The notes: generated from the sequence alone by a model not told the origin. 64,000 nucleotides of DNA from the human T2T-CHM13v2.0 reference genome, Homo sapiens (GCF_009914755.1 NC_060936.1); one strand, 5' to 3'. Counted from the first letter of the stretch, positions 22,501-36,879 are shown. Made by a program: numbers and translations.

Positions 22501-23498
22501 TTACAGTGGCTGTTTATTTAGCTCTACAGCAAATTCTTATTACAAATGTGACCCATAGACATAAAAAAAAGTATAGATGTAAAAACGGCCTAATATTGCA
22601 ATAGCAAGTTAGTAGCAGAGATAGGACTAAAAACACCATCTTCTGAGTCCAGCCCAATATTCTTCCCACTGAAGTAAATTAGAGAGCATAACAATATCAA
22701 TTTAATTAATAAAGATTACTTTGAGCCTCAAAATTTCCCCCAAAGTTGATTACATTTTTACAGGCAAAAAGCTGCATGCTAAAAACATGCCCTGTTTTAT
22801 GGTTTGTATGTTTCCCACTTTTATGACTATGCATTCTCCTATCCCTCTTCCTCCTCTTCCTTCTCACAGACATTTGATCTCTAAGTGCATTCACAGTCAA
22901 AGCCTAACTTTCAGGATAAGTCCACATCTGTGTCAAATCTTCAAGCCAACCCTGTAAGTCTCTGCCTCAAGTCCCCTCAAACACTATTCTTCTATTTTAG
23001 TCTTCTTCCTTATTCTGAAGCTTCCTTTCTGCTCTGTTCCTCTCCCTGCTTTCATCTTGTTGTACTTCAGCACCTGTCTGTCTCTGTCCTTGAACCCTAA
23101 GTCACAATTGAGATCCCCACATCTATCAGACAATTACAAGCTGGTTTTTCAATTATCACTTGCCTCTGAGTCCCTGTCCCTGTCCTCTTCACCTGTTAGG
23201 ACACAATCATCCATCTACGAACCTTCCCTTAATTCTCCACCCACTACCAACTGCCTAGATCACAAAGTGCTTTTGCCAGCCTACAAAAAACATAGCCTTT
23301 GCCCTCCTAAACGTCCTTTAGTCAAAACAGCTGCTGGTACCATTACTGCTGGTACTGCTTCTTCCCATTGTATCCTGCTTCTCCCTGGAGTAAGAATCTA
23401 GTTTCTAATTATTACCAGTGCCTGCCTTTTTCCCTGATCCTTTTATATGGAACCACTCATGCCTGGCTGAGAGTAACAGGAACAAATAGGCCTATTAC

Positions 23499-23609
23499 TT
23501 GAGGAACATAATAAATATTTTCCTCCCAGAGGAGAGAATGGCAATCTTTCTTAAACCGGTGCTGATTCTTGCATTTCGGAAGGCTTTGCCGAATCCATCA
23601 CTGAGATCC
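23499..23609 (-). other. Candidate 111-nt in-frame cassette exon of CPNE8 (unverified)
   Basis: tcttctatctttag|GGATC...CCTCAA|gtaata; open in the phase-2 frame left by exon 29169-29245. Confidence 0.35.
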
Positions 23610-26601
23610 CTAAAGATAGAAGACATACGACTCTTTGACAGCATCACAGAAAATTGGATACAATCTCACAGCATGAGAAAACACACTGCTGAGTGGGTAT
23701 AATGCTAAATAATAATGGGATGATCTAAAGAGAGGAGCCGATGAGTCATAGGAAGCACAGTAAATGTTTCAGTCAAATTAAGTAGCACAAGACTCATTTT
23801 AGGAGGGTTCCAGGAAAAGACCAAAAGTGTAGGATGGAATTCAGATGAGAAACGTGTTTGCCCAAAGCTTAAATCCAACAGAACAGACTATTGAAATTGC
23901 AAAAATCTTAAGCTGCTATTAAAAAGTAAACTAAAAATTATTGAACATCAATTTCAAATTATTTCATCATTATGCATATAAAATATTAAAAATAGAAATG
24001 CTTTTTCCCATAATAAAATGAGAAAATCTAATTTTATAAATGACAACAATAACCAAAACACAGAAAGTAAAAAAGCCCGAGGTTAAATTCAAATTCTCAT
24101 TATAGAATGAGGCAAAAGGCTACATACAACAAACCATTTTACCTTCACAATAATCCTAACTTCGTTGTCAAAAGTTTGATTGATATTAAATAATTTCAAA
24201 TTCTAAGTTGTCTCCTTTAAATCTCCCAATTTTACAGTTATCATAAATTTAAAAAGACTATCTCTGAGGAGATATTACAACACAATCGCAATTAAAAAGC
24301 TAGAAGAAATTATTCTGAGTATCTTATCAGAAAATAATTTAAGTTAGGCCATTTAAAGGAAAGAAAGCAAAAAAAAAAACAAGGAAGTATTCTGAATAAC
24401 TTAGAATATAAATGGGAAACTAATTGGGAAATAAATCTCTAATCTAAAATTAATAAATAAGAGGTACTTGGATAATGCTACTTAAGATAAATAACATTTG
24501 GGACACAAGAAGACTTTAAATTCATGATAAATCAATTGTGTGTTACTTACAAGTGGACTGTCTGCCTCAGGATATCTTCTGGAGGTGTCCTATGCTGCAA
24601 TTCAGAAGCCAGTGCCCATCCAGATAGGGAAAATCACCTAACCTCTCACAAACATGATTGCAAAAAGTAATGGCTGCAGCACCAGGAGTGTGCAAATTCT
24701 ATTTCTATCCTCAGTCATGAGGACCAGACCATGAAAAACAGTAGAATGTTTAGTGGCTGTCCTACAATGTTATCTTTAACCAGACGGTTAAAGATATCTG
24801 GTCAGGGCAGGTTCACACAGCAAGGCAGCAGGAGGCAGTGGAAACTATGAAGAATAGATAGAAGAGCTATACCATAAATACCTATTATTTCCCCAGTGTG
24901 AATTTCTCGGCTATTTCGGTCATGCATTCATAAATTTTACTACTCTTACATATTCATGTGAAAACATGGAGGCTTCGAAGTTGTGTTTGTCACCAAGCTT
25001 CCTGTCACGAGAAGAAAACACTTCCTGACCTTGCATCATCTCCAATATCTTCCCTGGTTTCATTTCTTCCAAAGCCATTCCCTCTTCCACTGAAATATCT
25101 CAGATCTTCCCATGTTCCCATCTCTTCCCACTATTTGCTTATTAGATTGATTCAGGAAAAAAAGTTAAAAAGTAAAAAAAGTGAAGTACATGGAAGAGCA
25201 GGAGTTAGCAAGGATGAATGTGGAATTTAGGACTCCATGGAGTGGACCAGCTGCTCTGAAGGGCTATCTTGGCATTATTCGCAGATAAAGCTTCCATGAA
25301 AACAGCATTTTGCTCTTCCTCAACCCAATTGTGCTTTTTCAAACAAAAAGTATGAATGGTTGTGTTTTTCATTTGAGACTGAGGTAAGGGAGTAAAATGC
25401 TATTTGCATAGAAGCTGTATCTTCTCTCAAAGTACCTGAACTTAAAACTTAGCCAACAGACCTTGTTCTTCAATCCACATGTTCTTCCTCCAGACATATG
25501 CCTCTCTCACAGCTAGAGTTTTTCATTAAAGCCAGTCTTTTCTATGTAAGACGAAGGGTGACTACAAAATGTTTTTTCCAGTCCATTGTTCACCTGCGTT
25601 GGAACATCTGATCCAGTGATAGCACGTCACTAGGTGCCTTAATTAATAAAGCCAAAATATCTTTCCACTAGCAAACTAATCGTATTCACTTTTACTCTCC
25701 CATTTTTAATTAATCTTTCCTATTTCATTTCACCCTCTCATCTCTTTCCTCTATTGGATTATCTCAGGTATCTAATCCAATTCACTACTGTTTAATGAAT
25801 GTAATTGCAACCAGTCTGCAATTCCTAAGGTTTTGTTTCTTTGCTTTTTTCTTTTGTAGTCCATCTCTTTGCTACACTCAAGCTTTACATTTTCTTACCC
25901 ACTTAGTACTAAAACTTGCCTAGCTAAGTTTTCTTAGAAAAATTTAGAAATCTTCCACTGCTCAAACAATAATCTTACCTTTAAACTATTTTCTTAATGT
26001 TTATTTGCCTGACAAGACTGTCCAAGGAGATGAAGGGCTGAATAAAATTTAGTGATATAAGCTTAGAAAATCAAATTAATTATTCCTTTTTCAGTAAGAA
26101 AGATAGAACCTGAGGACCTTCAATAAAGTTGTCTAAATTTCAGAATATCCTATAGATGAAGCACAGCATGTGGTTACTGTAGATCCATGTTGGATGAACA
26201 AGTTTTGAAGTCTTTCCCTCATTACACTATATGAAATATGTGTATGTTATACCCCGCCCTTAGCAAGAGCTAAGAAAAATCTAAATCTCATCCTTTCTGA
26301 TTACATAAAATGATCATGACTCAACCCCCAGCAAATTCTCCCAACATCTGCATATTCTACCAGTCTACCCTAGGTATCTTCACCTCTTAGCAAGAATTTA
26401 TTTTTGCTGGTCATACCTAGTGGGAATTGTTGAATCAGCTGAACAAGGACCATATCTTATGCTATGTTCTATTCACCACATACCCCAATCAACACATTAT
26501 AATAATATCAAATTTTTAATATATTCCAAGATTAATATAAATATGATTTTCCACTGGTAAATTTTTTATAACTTAATAATTTAATCATTTTCTGAAATTA
26601 G

Positions 26602-26976
<375 letters not shown>

Positions 26977-26984
26977 GTATACCA

Positions 26985-27790
26985 CATAGCCAACGTGCAT
27001 AGGAAAGAAATGCTCAACATCACTAATCATTAGAGAAATGCAAATAAAAACCATAATGAGATATCATCTTAGAACAGTCAGAGTGGCTATTACTAAAAAG
27101 TCAAAAAATAACAGATGCTGGTGAGGCTGCAGAGAAAAGGGAACACTTATATGCTGCTGGTGGAAATGTAAATTAGTTCAGCCATTGTGTAAAGCAATTT
27201 GGTGATTTCTCAAACAACTTAAAACAGAATTACCATTTGACCCAGCAATCCCATTATTGGGTACATAGCCAAAGGAATATAAATTGTTCTACCATAAAGA
27301 CATTCATGTTTATGTTCATTGCAGCACTATTCACAATAGCAAAGACATGGAATCAACCTAAATGCCCACCAATGGTGGACTGGATAAATAAAATGTGGTA
27401 AATATACAACATGGAATATTATATAGACATAAAAAAGTCTGAAATTTTAACCTTTGTAGCAACAGTAATGGAACTAGAGGCCATTATCCTAAGCAAATTG
27501 ACACAGGAACAGAAAACCAAATACCACATGTTCTCACTTATAAGCGGGAGATAAACATTGAGTAGTCATGGACACAAAGAAGGAAACAGCAGACACTGGA
27601 GCCTACTTGAGGGTGGAGGAAGGGAGGAAAGTGAGGACCGAAAAACTACCTATGGGGTACTATGCTTATTACCTGGGTGATGAAATAATCTGTATGCCAA
27701 AGCCCTGTGATGTGCAATTTATCTACCTAACAAACCTGCACAAGTACCTCTGAACCTAAAATAAAAGCTAACAAATAAATAAATGAATAA
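26985..27790 (+). mobile_element. L1PA15/16-like 3' end
   Basis: ORF2 C-terminal region and 3'UTR (GAAAAACTACCTATGGGGTACTATGCTTATTACCTGGGTGA...AACCTAAAATAAAAG). Confidence 0.85.
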
Positions 27791-29168
27791 GAAGTGTACC
27801 CATTCATAAAAATCTCTATTCTGTTGCTTGGAAATGAAAATTCTGTATTTTAATTGCTTTTGTTTTCTCTTGAAGAATGTTAAAGGCATCTTTAAGGTGG
27901 TATTGCATATATTATTGATTCTTTTTAACGACAAAAAACAAAAGGTAGATTTAGTGGTCTTAGGAATCCTTGTGAGCATAAGTCACTAGAATAGGAGATG
28001 CAATTAGAATTATATGCACTCAATAAAATATTTGCATCTGCCTCACAGATTGCTTACTACTTACTAAAGTGAGCATAAATATATTTTTGTAATAAGCTTC
28101 CAAGTCCTATAATTATGTGAAAATAAATTACACACAAAAAGAATTTAAAATGGGAGCTGATATATGAAAGTTTTCAAACTGACATTCGGTAATAATTTTC
28201 TAAGGAAATCAAATTAAATTTCAAAAACTTAGAATTTATAGAATTCTTATTAGCCTAATAATTTCTTGCATAGCAATGAACACACTAAATAAAAAGTTTA
28301 ATTTTATATAAGAAATGTGAGAATAATGCCTTGCCATTTCAAGTATTTATGTCAGAAATAAACAGATTTATGGAGTATTGGAATATTTATTTTTTGAGTT
28401 TGAGATTCTTAAAAGGTTGATGAAGATAAAGACTTCAAAATTCCCTAAAGCTTTTGAGATTGTGGTTAACTCTGCAAATGTACTATTCTTTCTAGATCTT
28501 CTGAATTTTATGAACAGTTAAGTCAATCCAAATAATCAGGATTAGGGAAGGGGAAGAAGGAGGAAAGGAGAATAAAGCCATGAAAAATTTCTAAAATTTG
28601 CTCCCTGCCTTATTTGGAACTGGAGGAAACAGAATCAACTCATGCAATTGACATGAAAACTAAACATGATCCTAGTAATTGAAGGTGAAGATGGAATAGA
28701 CCATTCTTAGTGATTACCTTCTCCCAATATTTACCTACTTACAGCTTTCTCTACAAGCCACTTCCATGGTAACAATTATTATGAAAATTTCAATAACCAA
28801 AAGTGCATTTATGAAATACATGGTATTAACAGCAGTTTACTACATATATTTACTAACCCAAAAGAGTAAAATCTCTTTTTCAAGAAGTACGAAATCTGAT
28901 AATTAATAGTACAACCAAAAGAAAAACAACACATTTCCTTATTTAAATTTGCTCATTTCATCTTGTGAAAATTTTTTAGCATAGCATATGACAGGTGACA
29001 TAGAAATTATTCTTTAAAAATATGTCAAAATTATTTGTTAAAAGAAAAAACTCAAACAAGATTTTAAAACCCACTTTTGCTCCACAACCATGCATTCACC
29101 AATTCCAAACTGACAAAATAGAAACTGTTAAAGTTGGCATTTCATTGTCTGAATTAAAAAATACTTAC

Positions 29169-29245
29169 ACTATTGGTTTTTCCAGGCGACTTCCCTGTGA
29201 ACCAACGATCTCTCCCAATGTACAAAACACTTGTCCCAGAAAGTC
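29169..29245 (-). CDS. CPNE8: Copine-8 coding exon (probably exon 6), 77 nt: DFLGQVFCTLGEIVGSQGSRLEKPI(V)
   Basis: Acceptor ttttatctatttcag, donor gtaagt; phase 0 to 2; in frame with the previous exon; copine C2A DFLG motif. Confidence 0.97.
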
Positions 29246-29689
29246 CTGAAATAGATAAAAAGATTAAAGCTCATAAGTTTCCAAACTATCTTTACAGTAT
29301 ATGTTTTGTACATCATACATCTGCATTGTTTTCATTGCTGAAATATTGACATTTCTAACTTCCAACAATAAGTAAAATAAGCTCAATATGCATTAATCTT
29401 ACCATGTGACTTTCACATGTTTGCACAGCATTTTGTGTTTTTAATCACAGAGCAGTTATTCTGAGTTCACAGGCATTGCATTTGTTTTCTTTTTATGTTT
29501 TAAGTTACAATACAAAATAGACAAAAGTTGGAGGTTTTGAATGCACAATTGGCTTAACTTCGGATGCCTCTGAATTACTGGAATTGTTGGCTGAGGAGAC
29601 AAAATGAGAAAGCCCACAGCAGAGGTGGCTAATCCCAGTAACACTTAGAGAAAGGTCATGTGATGCAGTAGCCTCAACTAGGGTCCACA

Positions 29690-29870
29690 GCCAACCTGCC
29701 AGGTGTCTATTCTAGTACTACCACTTACTAACTGTGATTGTAGGCAATTAATTAAGCTCTGCAGTTTGCTCTTCTCTATAATGTATTAGTACCTCCTCAC
29801 AAAATTGTTCTGAGGGTTCAATTAGTTATTGCATGAGTTAATACTAGCATATTGTAAGTGCCTAAAAATG
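29690..29870 (+). mobile_element. MIR
   Basis: CTACCACTTACTAACTGTGA..GGCAATTAATTAA..CTCTGCAGTTT..TAGTACCTCCTCAC. Confidence 0.6.
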
Positions 29871-29997
29871 GGTTAAGTAAAATATACTATAACGTTCATT
29901 AACATACAACCGTATGATTCTTATTTTCAAGACTCAGAATAACCCTGTAAATGAGAGGTCTGATATTAACACTGCATTTCACATATAAAGAAACTAA

Positions 29998-30111
29998 GTG
30001 CTTATTTCACATTGCATGCCTATATCAAAACATCTCATGTACCTCATAAATGCATACACCTACTATGTACTCACAAAAATTTTTAATTTAATTTAATTTA
30101 ATTTAAAAAAT
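29998..30111 (+). mobile_element. Extremely 5'-truncated L1MA-type 3' tail inserted into a minus-strand MIR
   Basis: CATTGCATGCCTATATCAAAACATCTCATGTACC...CTACTATGTAC; TSD AGAAACTAA at 29989-29997 and 30112-30120. Confidence 0.8.
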
Positions 30112-30539
30112 AGAAACTAAAACTCTAGAAGGTTGATTTTCCATAAATAGCAGAGCCAAGACAAACTCTGATGTTCTGATTCCAGACTGATATGCCACAT
30201 AAGAATTTAAATACCATAAGTACAGTGCATACTCATATATCTATAAAATAAGGGCACCAACACCATCTGGATATGTAGGTCAAGAAAATGTGAAGTTGTT
30301 CCAGGGAAAGACACGTGCCTTCTAGCTTAGCCTGTATGTGTTCAAAGAATTGCCCTGTTCTAAAACAAGGTGAGAGATCTCTCTAAATTGTTTGTGTACT
30401 GAACACGACCAAGAAAATTCCTAAGAAGGATGGACAGAGAGGATTAATGGCAAACAAAATGTGTTCAGTATACTAAATAAACAAATCTATTTAGTTTAGT
30501 AGTTTTACAGAGAAATGACTGTTCTCAGATGAAAGAAAA

Positions 30540-30690
30540 AAGCCAACCTATGGTGAGGAACTAGTATTGGCCCCATTTCTCAGATAAGGGAACTGAGGCA
30601 CAGAGATAGTAAATTGCTCAGAGCTACAATTTGGACCCAAGTCTAAACCCAAGGCTTACTACTCACCTAATCACTATGCCAAGCCATGCT
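30540..30690 (-). mobile_element. MIR
   Basis: CCCCATTTCTCAGATAAGGGAACTGAGGCACAGAGA. Confidence 0.65.
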
Positions 30691-32479
30691 GCCTCTCTGC
30701 TTCTAGTCTAATGAAAGGAATGAGACCCAGTCACAAAAAAGCTTACCAAGCCACAAAAGTAAAAACTATGTTCTTCAGTGTTGGAGGTGGGGAAAGTGGG
30801 GGTGAGAAGTGCCCTAATTAAAAAGAGGAGGAAAAGATATCTGTAGACTAGCATAGTCAAGGGAACATTTTCCCAAAGGAATTACTTTCTTGAGAGCCAG
30901 TAAGGAATCAGATCAGATATTGCTTGGAGAGAAGATAATTGGACATTCTAGATTTACAGAACAGAGTTACAGGCCAGAGAATAATGAGAAAAGAGAAGGA
31001 CTCAAGTAAAAAGCAGAAATGGAGATGAAGAGCCAAGCCCAGAGAGGGCCCTCATGACCAGACACAAAAGTTGTCTTAGGGTCATCAGAAGCAACCAGAA
31101 GCCTTTCACCAATTCAGGGACACCATTAGAGCAGTGTATTCAGAAGATTACTCAAGTGCCTATTTGCAGAGTGATTTCAGGAATGAGGAAAAAAACTAGA
31201 AGCCAGATCAATCAGAAGGCTATGGTAGTTAATAAGAGGCAAAGTGTTAAGGCCCCAAACAGTACCACACAGAAAAATGACAGGATTTGGTGAAAACCAT
31301 ACTTGCACATGAGACAAAAAATAACCCCACATCTGATACTTGGATACTGCCGGCATGGCCATACCTTCATTAAACTGCAAATCACTTTAAATTTGTTTTC
31401 AAATACATAAAGAGAATTTAAGATAAAGCTTTCCCATATTTAAATTAAACACCTTTCATAATGGCACTTCTTTATCAATATCAAAACAGATTTTACAAAT
31501 GTTTATGGAATTTTAATAAACCTAAATTTCTTTAAGTCTCATGACAGCTAGAAAGAACTGAAAACTGAAGATCTGAAATGTATCATTGCTCTTCTGAGTC
31601 AGCAGCAAAAAAACACACAAGGGCGATTCCAGAATTCTTTTCTAAGGATAGTTATGCTTATGCGCACCTGCAAATACTACATATTAAATGGACTTTGCCA
31701 ATGGAGTAGCGAGTCTCAGTAAAAGCCATCTGTGCTGAAATTGCTCAAGAGAATAAAACATAAATATTGAGCAGGATCATATTAATATGGAGACACACTA
31801 ACAAATACAAGAGAACACATGAACAATCATCTTGGCTGAACAAAATCAACAAAACGTGCACCAAAAAGCTATGACGTGAATCTGTGTATTTCTGTATCAA
31901 AGGCCACACACACACTGGTGTCAACCAGCTCTGGCTAGTCCTAGCTGATTGGCCAGAACTCCACTAGACTGGTTTGATAAACCCCTGAATTAAAAACACC
32001 TGAGTGCTAGGTAATGAGGACGATTTCATACCTACAAGAAGCACAGGAAAGGGTGTGTGGCTTGACATACACTATGACATACACCACTGGACTCTACAGA
32101 AAAAGCCCCAGGAGAAAACTAAGTCAGAAGTCATTTCCTTTTCCAGCTCCACCAGCGCAGGGCAATGCAATCACCCAATTAGCTAAACTGGGACTGCTGA
32201 AGAATCAACACAGGCCCATAATGGCAGACATGAAAAGCACAGACATCTGCTGAGAAGGAAAACAGTACTGTGGCAGTAAGCTGGACATACAGCCATACAG
32301 GGCAGTATTGCCAGATCACTTCCCAGGCCTCTCCCTTAAAGGTGAAGCTGGGAAGTGTAAGGCTATAGAAGACCTCGGCCTGTTGCTCTTGCAAATTCAG
32401 GTGAGTATAATGTACATACGACTTAAATGGAGGCCTCTACAGGTACCGTACATTTTGCCCCCAAATATTTATGGCACTC

Positions 32480-32621
32480 TCAGCTAATGTTTGTATTTTT
32501 AGTAGAGACAGGGTTTCGCCATGTTGGCCAGGATGGTCTCGAACTCCTGAGCTCAGGTGATCCACCTGCCTCAGCCTCCCAAAGAGCTAGGATTAGAGGC
32601 ATAAACCACTGCACCCGGGCT
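32480..32621 (-). mobile_element. Alu left-arm fragment (no right arm or tail)
   Basis: CAGCTAATGTTTGTATTTTTAGTAGAGAC...CCACTGCACCCGG. Confidence 0.88.
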
Positions 32622-32860
32622 TGATTCAATATTTTAGTAGAAACAATTTCTCACATTTTAATATTATAAAAAAGCAAGAATTTGTCTTTTTAACGGATAG
32701 ATCCATCTACAAACCAAAATGCTAAATCCAACCTCCGAGAGATAATACAAAGTTCTAAATTTAAATTACAAATACAATTTCTAAAATTATACCCTATCCT
32801 TGAATGTGTACATTTCTTTTCCCTCAGCACAACTGTTGGTTTTTAAGATATTTTGGCTAC

Positions 32861-33171
32861 ACCAGGAGCAGTGGCTCACACCTGTAATCCCAGCACTTTG
32901 GGAGGCCGAGGCGGGCGGATCACTTGAGGTCAGGCGATCAAGACCAGTCGGGCCAACATGGTGAAACCCCATCTCTACTAAAAATACAAAAATTAGCTGG
33001 ATATGGTGCTGTGTGCCTGTAATCCCAACTACTTGGGAGGCTAAGGCAGGAGAATCGCTTGATCCCGGAGGCAGAGGTAACAGTGAGCTGAGATCGTGGC
33101 ACTGTACTCCAGCCTGGGCGACAGAGTGAGACCTTATCTCAAAAAAAAAAAAAAAAAAAAAGAAAAGAAAA
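32861..33171 (+). mobile_element. Alu (AluSx-like)
   Basis: Full dimer with poly(A); approximate TSD AAGATA..TTGGCT. Confidence 0.93.
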
Positions 33172-33268
33172 GATACCTTTGGCTTTCTAACAGTCCAAAT
33201 GAAGGCAGTTAAATAAGACACTGAAAGAAAATTTTCAACAAGTAGATGATCAGTGACTGAAATTAACC

Positions 33269-33569
<301 letters not shown>

Positions 33570-33599
33570 ACCAATTTTTAAAAATTATCAAAGGATAAC

Positions 33600-33955
33600 A
33601 TGAAGAGCTCTTTTACACAGGGCAGTCAGGTAAGTCCTTGCAGTTATCTATTCAAGTAGATACCTGAATCATGTGAGGGAGGGAACCATGTGAATATCTG
33701 GGGCAGAAGCATTACAGATAGGAGAAAAAGCAAGAACAAAGTCCCTGAGACAAGTATTTGGGTGCTCAAGGAAAAGCAAGAGAGACAGCAGGTTAGAGCA
33801 GGGTGAGCAATGATGAGAATGGCAGGAGAGGAGGTAACCAGGGGCTATATCAAGGACTGATTTCTATCCCAAGTGTGGATGAAAGCCATTGGAGGGTTTA
33901 AACTGGAAAGCGACATGTCCTAGCTGGCTTTTAAAATGATCATTCTAGCTACTCT
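33600..33955 (-). mobile_element. L2 fragment
   Basis: CCATGTGAATATCTGGGGCAGAAGCATT..., AAGCCATTGGAGGGTTTA. Confidence 0.6.
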
Positions 33956-33959
33956 TCTT

Positions 33960-35360
33960 CCCTCAAGATTCTATCCTATTCTCTTCTCCATTTGCATTTT
34001 CTTAGATAACTCTGAGTTCCAACTTGATTGGCTGATGGTTAGTAAATCTATATCTTAGTCTTCAAACACTGCGTAATCAATATCTCCATTTGGATGCTTA
34101 CTGGGGGTCTCAAATTTAACATGAACTTGGCCTTACCATGGGTCTCTCAATCCTCACCCCCCTGCCTCAATCTCCTTCTCCCCAATGTACCTCATTATAT
34201 GAACCACATCACTATTTACCCATTTGTTCTCATCAGGAACCTAGTAGCCACTCTAACTTCTCTTATTTTTACACTGGACATCCAATTCATCATCAGTCAT
34301 ACTACCAACATATATTCCAAATCTGACCACGTCTTACCACTTCAATGGTTTTTAACCACCAAAGGTTGCTCACCCAGTCAAACTACAACAGCCTTATAAC
34401 TGACCTCCTTAATTCCAGTCTTGCTTCCTCAACCCCATTCTCCACTTCAACTGTCACAGTCACCATTTAAATGCATAAATCAGATCACATCATCCTCCAG
34501 TGATATCCATCCAAAAAAAGAAAAATCCAAACTCTTTTTTTAACTGTGGCCTCCAAATCTCTCCATCATCTGATTCCTATGTATGTTTCCGAACTATTTC
34601 AGTACACTCCCTTCATCACTCATAATATTTTACATATGGTAGCCAACTTTCTGTCACACCAACATTCCAAACTTTTTTTTTTTTTTTGAGATGGAGTTCA
34701 CTCTGTCACCAGGCTGGAGTACAGTGGCACAATCTCGGCTCACTGCAACCTCCGCCTCCCTGGTTCATCCCTGGTTCAAGCGATTCTCCTGCCTCAGCCT
34801 CCTGAGTAGCTGGGATTGCAGGCATGTGCCACCATGCCCATCTAATTTATGTATTTTTAGTAGATACAGGGTTTCACCACGTTGGCGAGGATGGTCTCAA
34901 TCTCCTGACCTCGTGATCTGCCCACCTCGGCCTCTCAAAGTGCTGGGATTACAAGCATGAGCCACCGCACCTGGCCCCAGACTCTTTCTTGACTCAAGGC
35001 CACTGGACTGTTCTTCCTTTTGCCTGGGATGCTGTTCTCCTAGATTTTCAATCATTCCCTCCTTCTCCTCAGTAAATATACACCCAAGGTGATAAATGGC
35101 ATAGAACCATGCTGGTTGGTTTAGGGAAACTTCAGCTTCTGACTACTGGTGCTTCTCCAGTCACTCTCTCCCAGTGTCAATGTCTTACTAGTTTAAGTGC
35201 CATAAAGAAAGTCAAGTATCTTAATCACTTATTGTATTCATGTTCATTGAGTAAATCTGCTTACCTCACCTCTTCAATTCCAAAATGTAAGCTGCTTTAG
35301 GAGAGAGGCCTTGTTTGTCTTATTCATTGCTATATTCCCCAGCATGACAAGTGCCTGTCC
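33960..35360 (+). mobile_element. L2 3' region, interrupted by an Alu
   Basis: TCTCCATTTGGATG..CTCAAATTTAACATG, ATAAATCAGATCACATCA, AATGTAAGCT...TCTTATTCATTGCTATATTCCCCAG. Confidence 0.65.
34673..34976 (-). mobile_element. Alu (AluS-like) with an internal 11-bp tandem duplication
   Basis: Full dimer; TCCCTGGTTCA repeated twice near 34757-34778. Confidence 0.93.
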
Positions 35361-36879
35361 TATATTTATTGCCTGTCTGCCTATATGAATATATATTAAT
35401 ACTTTAGAATTTAGTTCATCTATATATACGTTAAATTAGCTTTATACTCTAATGAAAGAATCTTGCCCCACTTAAAAATCTGTTTCTATGAGAAAATCCA
35501 TTTCATGGTCCAAACAATATTCAAATAAAATTTTTAAATATAACTGATCTGTATGTGAAAGCTTATATTTATAATATTTAGAAAGTGTATTAAAAAATAT
35601 ACACCTTCACTGAAGTCTAGTATCTAGTGTACAAAATAATCCAGTGACCCATGAATACGTCTGAAACAAAAAGTTTAGTGGTGCCTTCCGCAACCAACCA
35701 AGTGGATAAATGTATTTTGGATTGCCTTGTCTGTATGAAAATTTAGTATATAGAGTACAGTTTCTATGTTATCTGGTCCAACATCCCAAGCAGAATCCTG
35801 TACACACCAATTATGGGCCTGTCATTAATCCTTTCATTAATGATTTGGCTTATGCAATTTAATTATGCAAATGAAAGTATGCTATGTAGTTCTGCTAATA
35901 GTATTTAGTTGAGTAGGTTCACTAGTACCTTACAGAACAAACTCAGAATTCAAAATGCCATATTTTGTTCACAGGGCCTAACAGTATAGGGAAAAATATC
36001 TTAGTAAAGCTATTTCCTCAGAGAATCATAAACAGAATAAATCTTCTAAAAAAGATGTCCCTAGATTCCATAAGTCTTTGTCTGGTGCACAATGATTTTC
36101 ACTAAAACACGTTTCCACCACAAATAGAATCAATTAAAGTAATTATGATCATTTACGTCTTATGTCATATTTATTTGCAATGTTAGAAATCTAAGGTGCA
36201 GTTCTATATTCTATCTCCATTTTCCCTAACAGTATCAAAAAACAGGAATTTGACCCAAGAGTCTTAAGTACCGAACACCAAATAAAGTCATCCTGAGAGA
36301 AAATTCTTTCAAAATTATCGGAAAAGAGAATGGAAAAAAAAAATTATTATTACTAATTCAAGGGGTCTCTCTTGCTACAAAATCCCTTTTATAAAAAAAT
36401 AAGTAAGTGCCTTTATGCCACATGCAACCTGGGCACTTAGCAGTTTTTCCTACAAGGTTCCAGTTCATATTTATTTCACTTTGCAAAATTGGCAGGTAGA
36501 CAACAACAGTCTTAATGAATCATATCCTCAGGGAATAAACCTATCTTGTTCATTGATTCTGTCTGATCTTCAAAAATCCTCATGAATTTCTTTTGGGTTG
36601 GATGAGCTATATGCGTCTTTACCTAAAATCTGTACTTGTATGCTTTCAATTAAGGAATAGCTTTTGCTATAAATTTCTAACAGAAATCTAGATAGTCATC
36701 TCTAACAGTTCTTATAACAATTCAAAAACACATTTTTCTTCTCTTTCGACATCCTTCACCTACTTATAAGCTCAGGCACTTATTAACTAATCTGTATAGT
36801 CGACTAAATATATTTTAAAAATATAACACAGACACAAATATAAAGGATAGCTTAAAATGTAAAATAATATAAATCATGG

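Noticed and set aside
35790-35960. Possible CR1/L3 RT remnant and an ATGCAAAT octamer
   Set aside because: The resemblance is too short and degenerate to support by eye; octamers are expected by chance at this AT content.
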